A stretch of 62,141 bases of DNA, filler included. It is 5 parts of 5 records of this genome, joined end to end, with 100 filler letters (N's around TTAATTAATTAA, not from the genome) between each part and the next. Parts side by side here need not be neighbours in the genome. Positions count along the whole stretch, not along the records: positions 16,410 to 36,661 come from SRR22947725_1508; positions 36,762 to 51,797 come from SRR22947725_1515; 3 more parts are not named here. One strand, written 5' to 3'. Each line of letters opens with the position of its first letter. The stretch's first letter is position 1. A program made the translations under genes and the position numbers. Of this stretch, positions 31,069 through 40,374 are shown in pieces. A model generated the notes under the pieces. The model had not been told where the DNA came from and did not search any database. It saw only the letters and a program-made list of their open reading frames with translations.

Positions 31069-32672
31069 TAAAAAAAATTGTTCAATTAGAACATAAGAGA
31101 TGGATTATTGGTAGTAGTTTAATAGCTTTATTCCTACTTCTACCTATAATATTTCTTTTTAGTAATATTTTTGAAATTGAACAAACCGCTTTTGTTTATT
31201 TATGGAAAAACCTTCTTTTAGATTATAGTTTTAATACATTTTATTTAATAGCTATAACTAGTTTTTTTGCTTTATTATTTGGCATTTTTCCAGCATGGTA
31301 CGTTAGTAATTATAAATTTAAGTTTAGAGTATTTTTTGATATAGCTCTATTTTTACCATTAGCAATTCCAACATATATAATGGCCTTTACTTACAGCGAT
31401 CTGTTAAGTTATACCGGTCCATTTCAATCTTTTCTACGAAATAATTATCCTGATCTTTCAGATATATTCAATAAGGATTATTTACAGATAGAAATTTTAG
31501 GAATTATATTAGGTTTAGCATTATATCCATATGTATATACAGCCTCCAGAGTTTCTTTTAGTCTGATTGGTTCAACATACATAAATATGTCTAAAAATCT
31601 AGGTCTTTCTTCAACAAAACTATTCTTTAAGGTTATTATTCCACTGTCAAAACCTGCAATTTTTTCTGGTTTATTTTTAGTTATTATGGAAGTTTTAAAT
31701 GAATATGGGGCTGTAAAATATTTTGGTGTTAATACCTATACAACAGGAATTTTTAGAGCATGGTTTTCAATGGGGAATGAAAATACCGCCATTCAGCTTG
31801 CGTGCCTACTTATCTTTATAGTTTTTACAATTTTGTTTTTAGAAAAATTAAGTCATAAAAAATCTAAATTTTATTACTCTGCAAATTCAAAAATAGAAAA
31901 ACTAAGTATTCCAACTACTGATAAATATTTATATATATACAGTCTATGTTCTCTTCCCTTTATATTAGGTTTTTTAATACCATTTTTTTACATACTAAAC
32001 AATAGTATTCTCAATATTAAAAATATTGACTTTTCCAGATTAATAGACCTTAGTCTAAACTCAATACAAGTTTCAACAATTTCGACTGTTTTAATAATTG
32101 TCACAGCATTACTATTTCTTTATGTTGAAAAAATATCTAAACTAAAATTTAACACATTTATTAGTCAAGTTACATCTTTAGGATATGTTATCCCTGGAGC
32201 TGTAATAGGTTTGGGGGTTATTTTGTTATTTACTAAAATACCATTGCTTAATTCTTATTCCTTAGTTGGATCATTCTATGTTTTAATTTACGCATATGTT
32301 TTTCGTTTTCTAGCTGTAGGGAAATCTCCAATTAAATCTAGTCTTGAAAAGCAACCTGAATCATATGATGAAACTGCTAAAACACTTGGGTTAGGACCAT
32401 TTAAAATACTTCAAAGAATTCATTTTCCAATTAATAGACTTGCGCTAATAACTGCATTTATTGTTACCTTTGTTGACTTATTGAAAGAATTACCAATAAC
32501 ATTAATTTTAAGGCCATTTAATTTTGATACCTTGGCAACACAAACCTATGAGTTTGCTATTGAGGAGATGATGTTAGAGTCAAGTAGTTATTCGTTGGCT
32601 ATTATTTTAATTGGTAGTGTTATGTTGGTTTTTTTAAAATATGTTATTAACAAACAGATAAATGCATCTTAA
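31059..32672 (+). CDS. Fe(3+) ABC transporter permease (FbpB/FutB-like)
   Basis: Duplicated permease halves; LPLAIPTYI.A, LYPYVY, MEVLNEYG and KELP.TL.LRPFNFDTLA. Confidence 0.9.
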   Translation: MEIIKKIVQLEHKRWIIGSSLIALFLLLPIIFLFSNIFEIEQTAFVYLWKNLLLDYSFNTFYLIAITSFFALLFGIFPAWYVSNYKFKFRVFFDIALFLPLAIPTYIMAFTYSDLLSYTGPFQSFLRNNYPDLSDIFNKDYLQIEILGIILGLALYPYVYTASRVSFSLIGSTYINMSKNLGLSSTKLFFKVIIPLSKPAIFSGLFLVIMEVLNEYGAVKYFGVNTYTTGIFRAWFSMGNENTAIQLACLLIFIVFTILFLEKLSHKKSKFYYSANSKIEKLSIPTTDKYLYIYSLCSLPFILGFLIPFFYILNNSILNIKNIDFSRLIDLSLNSIQVSTISTVLIIVTALLFLYVEKISKLKFNTFISQVTSLGYVIPGAVIGLGVILLFTKIPLLNSYSLVGSFYVLIYAYVFRFLAVGKSPIKSSLEKQPESYDETAKTLGLGPFKILQRIHFPINRLALITAFIVTFVDLLKELPITLILRPFNFDTLATQTYEFAIEEMMLESSSYSLAIILIGSVMLVFLKYVINKQINAS

Positions 32673-33621
32673 AGTAACTAATCTTGTAAAGTTTTATAAT
32701 AAAAAAGAACCTCTTATTGAGTCTTTAAATTTCTCAGTTGAAAAGGGTGAAATTGTTTCTTTTTTAGGCGAAAGTGGAGTAGGTAAAACAACTTTCTTAA
32801 AATGCATTTCAGGTTTGGAAAATATAAATTCAGGATCTATAGTTTTAAATAACAAAACTCTTAATGATAAAGATTTTTTTGTTCGACCTCAGGATAGAAA
32901 AATAGGTTTTGTTTTTCAGGATTATCCACTTTTTCCTCATTTAAATTTAAAAGATAATATAATTTTTAACCTTGATAAAAAGTATATTAAAAATTTAGAA
33001 TACATGTTGTCTTTGACAAATTTATCTTCTTTAGTCGATAGGTTTCCTCACGAACTTTCTGGTGGTGAGCAACAAAGAGCATGTATCGCTAGAGCATTAA
33101 TTAGAGAGCCCGATTTATTGCTGTTAGATGAGCCATTTAGTAATTTAGATGTAGCTATAAAGTATTCGATAAGAGATGAGATTTATCAAATTATAAAAAC
33201 TACTAAAACTACGACAATATTAGTAACTCATGATATTAATGATTCTCTTAATATCGCTGATAAAATATTAGTCTTTAAAGCTGGTAAGCTTCAACAATAT
33301 AGCGATCCAGTTGAGATGTATTGTAAGCCAGCAAATTGCTATTGTGCAAGAATATTAGGCAATATCAATAAGTATGATATGGATACTAAGCCTTACTATA
33401 TTAGACCTGAAAAAATAAATATCGTTGAAGAATCTGATATTAAACTTGTAGTAAAAAAGTCATTATTTCAAGGTAAAGAGTATAATATTACTGCTAAACA
33501 TGGACAAGAAAATTGGAATTTATTTAGCTCTGTACCTTTCAAAAAAGATGAGGTCATTTGTGTAAGTTTTGAAAAAGAAGATTTGATTTATTTCCCACCT
33601 AATTGTCTTAACTATTTTTGA
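32662..33621 (+). CDS. Fe(3+) ABC transporter ATPase (FbpC-like)
   Basis: GESGVGKT, FQDYPLFPHL, LSGGEQQR, LLDEPFSNLD and VTHD. Confidence 0.9.
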   Translation: MHLKVTNLVKFYNKKEPLIESLNFSVEKGEIVSFLGESGVGKTTFLKCISGLENINSGSIVLNNKTLNDKDFFVRPQDRKIGFVFQDYPLFPHLNLKDNIIFNLDKKYIKNLEYMLSLTNLSSLVDRFPHELSGGEQQRACIARALIREPDLLLLDEPFSNLDVAIKYSIRDEIYQIIKTTKTTTILVTHDINDSLNIADKILVFKAGKLQQYSDPVEMYCKPANCYCARILGNINKYDMDTKPYYIRPEKINIVEESDIKLVVKKSLFQGKEYNITAKHGQENWNLFSSVPFKKDEVICVSFEKEDLIYFPPNCLNYF

Positions 33622-33627
33622 TATTTT

Positions 33628-36057
33628 TTAAAATTTAAGCTGTAAAGTTATGTAGTAATTGCGTGGTGGAGAAGGAATAATTCCAGGCCCTGGATAACCT
33701 GTTGCTCGTCTTACAAAATAATGATTGTCTAAAATATTATTTATTCCAAATTCTAATTTATAGTTTTTAAGTTTATATGATGAAGAGAAATCCAATATGT
33801 CATAAGCTGGAATTTGACCTATAACTCCACTTAAATTACTTTCAACAGAATTAGATGAATCAGTAAATTGATTAGAAAGATAGGTGTATTGAATATTTAA
33901 CAAAAGATTTTTGTATCCAATTTTTGCTCCAGTTTTTATATTTAGCTTTGGGACAAACTCTAACCTCTTTCCTGTAATTCCATTGATTTCTGACTTAATA
34001 TATTCTGATTCAATTACTGAAGTGTTTATAAAGTAGTTAAAAATGAAATTATTATCTCGTATAAATATTTTGTTTAGATTAAAATCTATAATAGACTCCA
34101 CTCCAAAAATTACTGCATTTCCAACATTTCCTCTTTGACTTTTTATATTTCCGTCATCAGAAACAATTTGAGTAAAACCAATCCTATCATTGTAAAATAA
34201 GTGAAATAGGCTAATATCATATGAAATCAATTTTTTATTATTTCCTCTAATACCTAGATCGATTGTATATCCTTTTTCATCAGAAATATTTGGGTCTATT
34301 ACAAATGCAGGATTAAAAATACTGATATCCGAAAAAGTCACAGACCTGTAATTTTGTGATGCATTAGCATACATTTCTATGTATTTATTTGGTTTATAAC
34401 TACTACCCAGCCCAAATAATAAAAAAGATCTGTTTCTAATTTTATTTTCAAAAACTGTATTGTCATATATGACATTTCCTGCATTATCAAAATTAATCTG
34501 ACTATAGTATCCATCACTTTCTGTTCTTATGTTTTCATATCTAATCCCTGGAGTCAGAGAAATTTTGTCTGAAATATAAAATATATTTTCTGTGAATAGT
34601 GATATATTGTGATTAGGGTATTTATAATTAGATTGATTGTTGTAGTACGGATAGTCTTGGTATTGAAAGTCAAAATTAGGACCGAATCCATCAGTTCCAG
34701 GACCTTGAACAGATGAGTTATCAGATTTATAATATTTAAGACCAAACAAGAATATAGATTTCTTGTTCAGAAAATTATAATTGTGCAATATTCGAGATTC
34801 TAAACCGTAATTATTAAAATCACCTTTAATTAAATCTCTCTCTTCGCCCGAATCTATTTGATCAACTCGATTGTATCTAATCCCTAAAGCATTTCTTTGT
34901 GAATTTAAACCGAAAAAGTTTAATGTGAAATTTGTTTTTTCAGAAAATTTATGATCTAATTTTATATTGTAAAGAAGCCATTTCAATTCAAACCAATTTC
35001 TTGATCTATTAGACTGAAATGGATCCTGATTAAACATATTGTCAGAAAGACCACCAGCTTGTTGAGCCAAATAAGTAAGATAACTTACCTCGGATGATAG
35101 TTTTGTTTTTTGATTAAAATCATATGCTAAAAATAAATGTGAGTTTGTTGAATCGTAACTTGAATTATCTCTAAAACCATCTCCTTTTTTACTGTTAATA
35201 TATGCGTAATAGCTTAATTTTTTATTCGTTCCACTAACACTTGTAAAGTTAGTATACAGGCCATTGCTTCCTAGTGTATTTCTAGAAATAACCTCCATAA
35301 ATTTATTTTTTACTGGTTTTTTTATTATAAAATTTACAAGACCACCAAATTGTGTTCCATATTGTAGTGATGCGGCCCCCCTTACAATTTGAATTTCTTC
35401 AAGAGCTTCAGCTGGAGGAGAATAATAACTTTCAGGATAGCCTAAAACATCAGCACTCATGTCATATCCATTTTGACGTGTATTAAAGTTTGATGTTCTA
35501 TTTGGATCTAAGCCTCTTCCTCCTATATGAATTTGCAAGCCTGCATCATCATTTTGAAAAATATTTAACCCAGCTATCTGACTATAAATTTGCCTAGAAT
35601 TGTTTGAGGCTAGATTAGCCATTGATTGATTGACAAGAACAACTTCAGATTTTTTACCAGCATAAATAGATGTGCCAACGACGTCATTTAATCTTTTTAA
35701 TTCAAAAGTTTTTCTATTTATCGAGGTCACGAGAACTTCAGAAAGTTCTTCAACTGAAGCTGGAAAAACTATGTCAATATTATAATCATTTTCTAATGAA
35801 ATTTGTTTTTCAATAAAGGGTCTTCCTTCAATTGAGTAATATAGACTTAATGATTTAGAATCAGAATAAAATTCGTAGTAGCCTTTTGAGTCTGAGACTG
35901 CAACTAAACCAATATCGTCATCATAAATATTTACATTACTTATTGTTGTATTAGAGCCTTCTTCAGTGATAATTCCAAAAACTTTATTACTTGCATTGGA
36001 ATATATTGAGAGTAAGCTTACAAAAATAAATATTCTAAAAACCCTTAATTTCATCAT
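33628..36057 (-). CDS. TonB-dependent receptor (FecA-like)
   Basis: Signal peptide; plug motifs GRGLDPNR and IQIVRGAASLQYG; G.NNILD..Y; terminal YYITLQLKF. Confidence 0.92.
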   Translation of the reverse strand: MMKLRVFRIFIFVSLLSIYSNASNKVFGIITEEGSNTTISNVNIYDDDIGLVAVSDSKGYYEFYSDSKSLSLYYSIEGRPFIEKQISLENDYNIDIVFPASVEELSEVLVTSINRKTFELKRLNDVVGTSIYAGKKSEVVLVNQSMANLASNNSRQIYSQIAGLNIFQNDDAGLQIHIGGRGLDPNRTSNFNTRQNGYDMSADVLGYPESYYSPPAEALEEIQIVRGAASLQYGTQFGGLVNFIIKKPVKNKFMEVISRNTLGSNGLYTNFTSVSGTNKKLSYYAYINSKKGDGFRDNSSYDSTNSHLFLAYDFNQKTKLSSEVSYLTYLAQQAGGLSDNMFNQDPFQSNRSRNWFELKWLLYNIKLDHKFSEKTNFTLNFFGLNSQRNALGIRYNRVDQIDSGEERDLIKGDFNNYGLESRILHNYNFLNKKSIFLFGLKYYKSDNSSVQGPGTDGFGPNFDFQYQDYPYYNNQSNYKYPNHNISLFTENIFYISDKISLTPGIRYENIRTESDGYYSQINFDNAGNVIYDNTVFENKIRNRSFLLFGLGSSYKPNKYIEMYANASQNYRSVTFSDISIFNPAFVIDPNISDEKGYTIDLGIRGNNKKLISYDISLFHLFYNDRIGFTQIVSDDGNIKSQRGNVGNAVIFGVESIIDFNLNKIFIRDNNFIFNYFINTSVIESEYIKSEINGITGKRLEFVPKLNIKTGAKIGYKNLLLNIQYTYLSNQFTDSSNSVESNLSGVIGQIPAYDILDFSSSYKLKNYKLEFGINNILDNHYFVRRATGYPGPGIIPSPPRNYYITLQLKF

Positions 36058-36661
36058 CTATTGGAATTATCCATTTTTTATTTTTAAAAGATTCTTTCTC
36101 TTTGTAAAGATCTACTTCAGAATTTATAAACCGTTTGTTAGTTCTTCCGTTTAATGACACATAACTTTCTGCATAAACTTCAACTCTACCATAACCTTTA
36201 GACAAATAATAATCTCCTAAATAGTGAGCATATTCTAAAATAAAGTCTGGTTGAAAACTCATTTGCTTTTCTTGAAAGGAAGTTAAAAACTCTTCATTAT
36301 TTACATAAAAGTAAGATTCGCTATTTTTACTTTTAATTTTAAAAGTTGTGTAACCTATTTTCTCAACCAACATAACTCTCCAGGAAAATCTATAACCTTC
36401 CTCGCTCCAAAATAATTCGCTTGGATATAAGAGATATCTAAAGGGTAAAAATAGTTGAATTACAAAAAACACAGAAATTATTGATAATACAATTTTTCTA
36501 TTTTTTATTATTTTTTTTTCTTCTTTTATATTTTCTTCAATTTTGAATTGTTTTTTAATTGGTTCAATTATTTTTTGAATCCATTTAATTATTTTTTCAT
36601 GAACAGTGTAATCGAAGAATATAAGAGACCCAACTATCATAATGTACGGGAACATTCCAAT
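36035..36661 (-). CDS. HTTM / vitamin K-dependent gamma-carboxylase-like protein, C-terminal part
   Basis: IGMFPYIM, EEGYRFSWRVML, QPDFILEYAHYL and VSLNGR; 5' end cut by the linker. Confidence 0.85.
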   Translation of the reverse strand: MGMFPYIMIVGSLIFFDYTVHEKIIKWIQKIIEPIKKQFKIEENIKEEKKIIKNRKIVLSIISVFFVIQLFLPFRYLLYPSELFWSEEGYRFSWRVMLVEKIGYTTFKIKSKNSESYFYVNNEEFLTSFQEKQMSFQPDFILEYAHYLGDYYLSKGYGRVEVYAESYVSLNGRTNKRFINSEVDLYKEKESFKNKKWIIPIDDEIKGF

Positions 36662-36761
36662 NNNNNNNNNNNNNNNNNNNNNNNNNNNNNNNNNNNNNNN
36701 NNNNNTTAATTAATTAANNNNNNNNNNNNNNNNNNNNNNNNNNNNNNNNNNNNNNNNNNNN
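36662..36761. other. Artificial contig linker
   Basis: 44N-TTAATTAATTAA-44N. Confidence 0.98.
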
Positions 36762-37412
36762 AAAATTGTTTCTCCACCCAAAACCATCATCTGGTTTAAT
36801 GACATGCAATCCTCTATTATTATCTGATAAGGGTAAAATAGCTAACTCTGTTGGATCAATGCTAAAGTCACCTTTGTTAACTGGTGCAACCCACTTACCT
36901 TCAGTCATGCCAATTAAATTACAAAAGAAATTCATAGATTTTCTAACATCCAATGACTCTAAATTCATATGATGAATACCCCATTCTAAACCCATTTCCC
37001 ATCCGTTAATATTATCATTAAAACTATTAGGGTTTTCAATAAATTGAACAAGGTTTAGAGAAGGTTCTTGAACCAGTAGACTTTTAAAAGAGTTTTGGTT
37101 ACCTGAATTATTAAAAATATAATGAATGTTTTCTCTGTCCAAATTACCTTTAATACTATTAATATTATCTACTAAAATAGAAATATAACTTCTTCTACTT
37201 TGAATATAATTTGAAACCACAAGGTCTGGTTTGGGTTTAAATAACCTCAGGCCAAAGCCTTGTTTTCCAAAAAAAACATTTTCTTCATTTTCAAATAAAG
37301 ATTGGTATAAATTTCCTTCATTTTTTGGAGGACCTAAAATCATTTCATAAAATTCCTTTGATTTTTTTAAATCATTAACGGGAATAGAGACATTTAGGAT
37401 TGTCCATTGCAT
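36762..37412 (-). CDS. Two-domain VOC/glyoxalase family protein (C-terminus truncated)
   Basis: VNDLKKSKEFYEMILG, EPSLNLVQF, and a second domain IHHMNLES.DVRKS..FF..LIG. Confidence 0.75.
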
Positions 37413-37555
37413 TGAAAAAGCCCTCTAATTTTAATTTATATGTTATTATAAAGAATATAATTAATAAAAATCAAATGTTAGTTAACATATCAAATATTTA
37501 CAATTTTTTTTAATCTAATAAGATTATTTATAATTTCTGGAGGTTAATTATCAAA

Positions 37556-38461
37556 ATGGATATTAAAAAATTAACTAAAAATTTTGGCGTTAAAATAACT
37601 AACTTTGATTGTTCCCAAACAATAAACAACAATGATTTAGAAATTTTGAAAAAAACTATTCAAGAAAGCCATTTCATATGTTTTAAAAACCAAGACTTAA
37701 ATGGCAACACTTTAGCAAAATTTACCAAAAACTTTGGTGATTTGGAAGCTTACCCAGAAAAGGATAAGACTAAGGGTAAGATAGAGATTTTTAATGTATC
37801 CAACGTTTCAGAAGATGGAAAACATCTTTCACCAAATGATCAAAGAGTTATATTACAAAAAAATAATTCAAGGTGGCATACTGATAGTTCATATAGATAT
37901 CACCCAGCTTCTTTTTCTATTCTTTTTGGACATGAGACTCTTCCTCAGGAAGCTATAGGTGGTCAAACAGAGTTTTCTAACATGTTGATTGCTTACGATA
38001 ATCTTACAGAAGAGAAAAAAACACTTCTACAACCTCTTCATCAAGTACACTCATACAATGACATAAGAAGGTTAGAACCAGGTCTTCCAGAGTTAACTTA
38101 CGAAGAAAAATCAAATTTTCCACCTGTTACTCATCCCATTATTAGAGTTCATCCTGATAGAAGTTTTAAAAAATCTTTATATTTTACATCCAATACAAGT
38201 CTTGAAATTGGAGGAATGAGTTTGGAGAAAGGAAAAGAACTTCATGCATGGCTTGTTGATTACATAAGCCAATCTCAATTTTGTTATAAACATTCGTGGG
38301 AAAAAAACGATCTGATAATGTGGGATAATAGAGTGTTACTTCATAGAGTTATACCTTACGATTATGCTAAATATAGAAGAGCGATGATTAGAGGGACTGT
38401 AGAAGGTAAAGTTCCAGTACTTGGCCCTTTTTCTAACGAAGTAAGAAAACTATCTAGTTAA
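37556..38461 (+). CDS. TauD/TfdA family Fe(II)/2-oxoglutarate dioxygenase
   Basis: WHTDSSY (HxD), GGQTEF, HPIIRVHP and WDNRVLLHR; GGAGG upstream. Confidence 0.92.
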   Translation: MDIKKLTKNFGVKITNFDCSQTINNNDLEILKKTIQESHFICFKNQDLNGNTLAKFTKNFGDLEAYPEKDKTKGKIEIFNVSNVSEDGKHLSPNDQRVILQKNNSRWHTDSSYRYHPASFSILFGHETLPQEAIGGQTEFSNMLIAYDNLTEEKKTLLQPLHQVHSYNDIRRLEPGLPELTYEEKSNFPPVTHPIIRVHPDRSFKKSLYFTSNTSLEIGGMSLEKGKELHAWLVDYISQSQFCYKHSWEKNDLIMWDNRVLLHRVIPYDYAKYRRAMIRGTVEGKVPVLGPFSNEVRKLSS

Positions 38462-38491
38462 ACTATTTAAGTAAAATTAAAAGGGTATATA

Positions 38492-40267
38492 ATGTTATTT
38501 CCTAATCTTAAATTAATATTTTTTTTGTTAATAACAATTTCATATACGGCTAGAAGTGAGCAAATCTCTGACAAAATTAATCCTGAAGTTTTTAATATTA
38601 ACACTCAAAATAAAAATATTAAATTAAAAGAAGAACGAAAACCTGTAACTTCAGATAACTGGATGGTAGTAACTGCTAATCCACAGGCTTCAGTTGTAGC
38701 AGGGAAAATATTAGAAAAAGGCGGAACAGCAGTTGATGCTATGATATCAGCCCAGTTAGTTTTAGGCTTGGTAGAACCTGAATCATCGGGTCTGGGTGGA
38801 GGAGCATTTTTGGTCTACTTTGATAATAACAAAAAAGAAGTTATTACCCTAGACGGCCGAGAAACAGCTCCATTATTAGTTAAGGAAGATTTATTTCAAG
38901 ATTCTAACGGTAATCCATTAAAATTTTTTGATGCTGTTGTTGGAGGAAAATCCGTTGGCACACCTGGAACCCCTGCTTTGTTAGAAGAATCTTATAAGAG
39001 ATGGGGTAAAACTAAATGGCCTTTACTTTTTAAAGATGCGATTAATTTATCAAAAAATGGTTTTGTTATTTCTAAGAAACTGAGCTCATCAATTACAAGG
39101 AGCAAAAATTCCTTAAGTAAGTTTAAAAATACAAAGAAATATTTCTTACCTAATAATGTCCCTTTAAGAGCTGGTAGTATTCATATAAATAAAAATTATG
39201 CGGATACTCTTCTAGCTTTTGCAAACTCAGGTGCCAAGGTTTTTTATAACGGAGAAATTAGCAATGACATAATTTCATCTGTAAACAATGTTAAAATCAA
39301 CCCAGGAAGTCTATCTCATAAAGATCTACTTAATTATAAAGTAATAGAAAGAAAGCCAGTTTGTTCAAAGTATAGAAATTACGAAATATGTGGAATGGGA
39401 CCACCCTCTTCAGGTGCGTTAACTATAAGTCAAATACTTGGGATGATAGAGCGATATAATATTTCAGAACTTGGACCTAATAATCCTGATACATGGAGAA
39501 TAATAGGAGATGCCTCAAGACTAGCTTTTGCAGATAGAGACGCATACATAGCTGACACTGATTTTGTGTATGTTCCAATTAAAGAGTTAACTGATCAAAC
39601 TTACATAAATAAACGTGCAAAGTTTTTAAATAGTAAAAATAAAATAGAGAAAGTTAAAGCTGGAAACTTAATTAGTAAGTCTTCTTCAAGTTGGAACGAA
39701 GACATTTCACTTGAGTTACCTTCCACATCACATATTTCAATTGTAGATAAATATGGAAATGCTTTGTCTATGACATCAACGATTGAAAATGGATTTGGAT
39801 CTAGGTTAATGACAAATGGTGGATTTTTGTTGAACAATGAGTTAACAGATTTTTCATTCAAATCATTTAAAAATGGCAAAAAAATAGCTAATAATATTGC
39901 CCCAGGCAAAAGGCCTAGGTCATCAATGGCCCCGACTATAATATTAAAAAATAATAAGCCAGTTTATATTTTAGGAAGCCCTGGTGGAAGCAATATAATT
40001 GGGTATGTTATAAATGCCGTAGTCTCTTTAATTGATTGGAAAATGAATGTTCAGGAAGCAGCATCAATTCCACATGGGATTAATAAATATGGAACTTACT
40101 ATTTAGAAAAGAATACTTTTTTAAGTGAGCTTCGCCCTTCATTAGAAGCAATGAATTACAAAGTTAAATTAAAAGAATTTTCATCTGGATTAAACATTAT
40201 TCTTATTGATGATAAATTATATGGCGGCTCAGATCATAGAAGAGAAGGAATTGCCATTGGTAATTAG
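38492..40267 (+). CDS. ggt: Gamma-glutamyltransferase
   Basis: GGTAVDA, SSGLGGG, DGRETAP, PPSSG, catalytic TSHISIVD, LNNELTDF, PGKRPRSSM and GSPGG. Confidence 0.95.
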   Translation: MLFPNLKLIFFLLITISYTARSEQISDKINPEVFNINTQNKNIKLKEERKPVTSDNWMVVTANPQASVVAGKILEKGGTAVDAMISAQLVLGLVEPESSGLGGGAFLVYFDNNKKEVITLDGRETAPLLVKEDLFQDSNGNPLKFFDAVVGGKSVGTPGTPALLEESYKRWGKTKWPLLFKDAINLSKNGFVISKKLSSSITRSKNSLSKFKNTKKYFLPNNVPLRAGSIHINKNYADTLLAFANSGAKVFYNGEISNDIISSVNNVKINPGSLSHKDLLNYKVIERKPVCSKYRNYEICGMGPPSSGALTISQILGMIERYNISELGPNNPDTWRIIGDASRLAFADRDAYIADTDFVYVPIKELTDQTYINKRAKFLNSKNKIEKVKAGNLISKSSSSWNEDISLELPSTSHISIVDKYGNALSMTSTIENGFGSRLMTNGGFLLNNELTDFSFKSFKNGKKIANNIAPGKRPRSSMAPTIILKNNKPVYILGSPGGSNIIGYVINAVVSLIDWKMNVQEAASIPHGINKYGTYYLEKNTFLSELRPSLEAMNYKVKLKEFSSGLNIILIDDKLYGGSDHRREGIAIGN

Positions 40268-40374
40268 GATCATTGTTTGACATGTATAAGCATCTCCTAT
40301 TATTTTATTAGTACGTTTGAGTTATTGCTCATAAAATTTATGACCAAATCATATAAAGTTTAAAGGTGAATTTA

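Noticed and set aside
12785..40267. chaC + ggt and the two TauD genes as a single glutathione/sulfur locus
   Set aside because: They are on different contigs separated by linkers, so there is no evidence of physical linkage.
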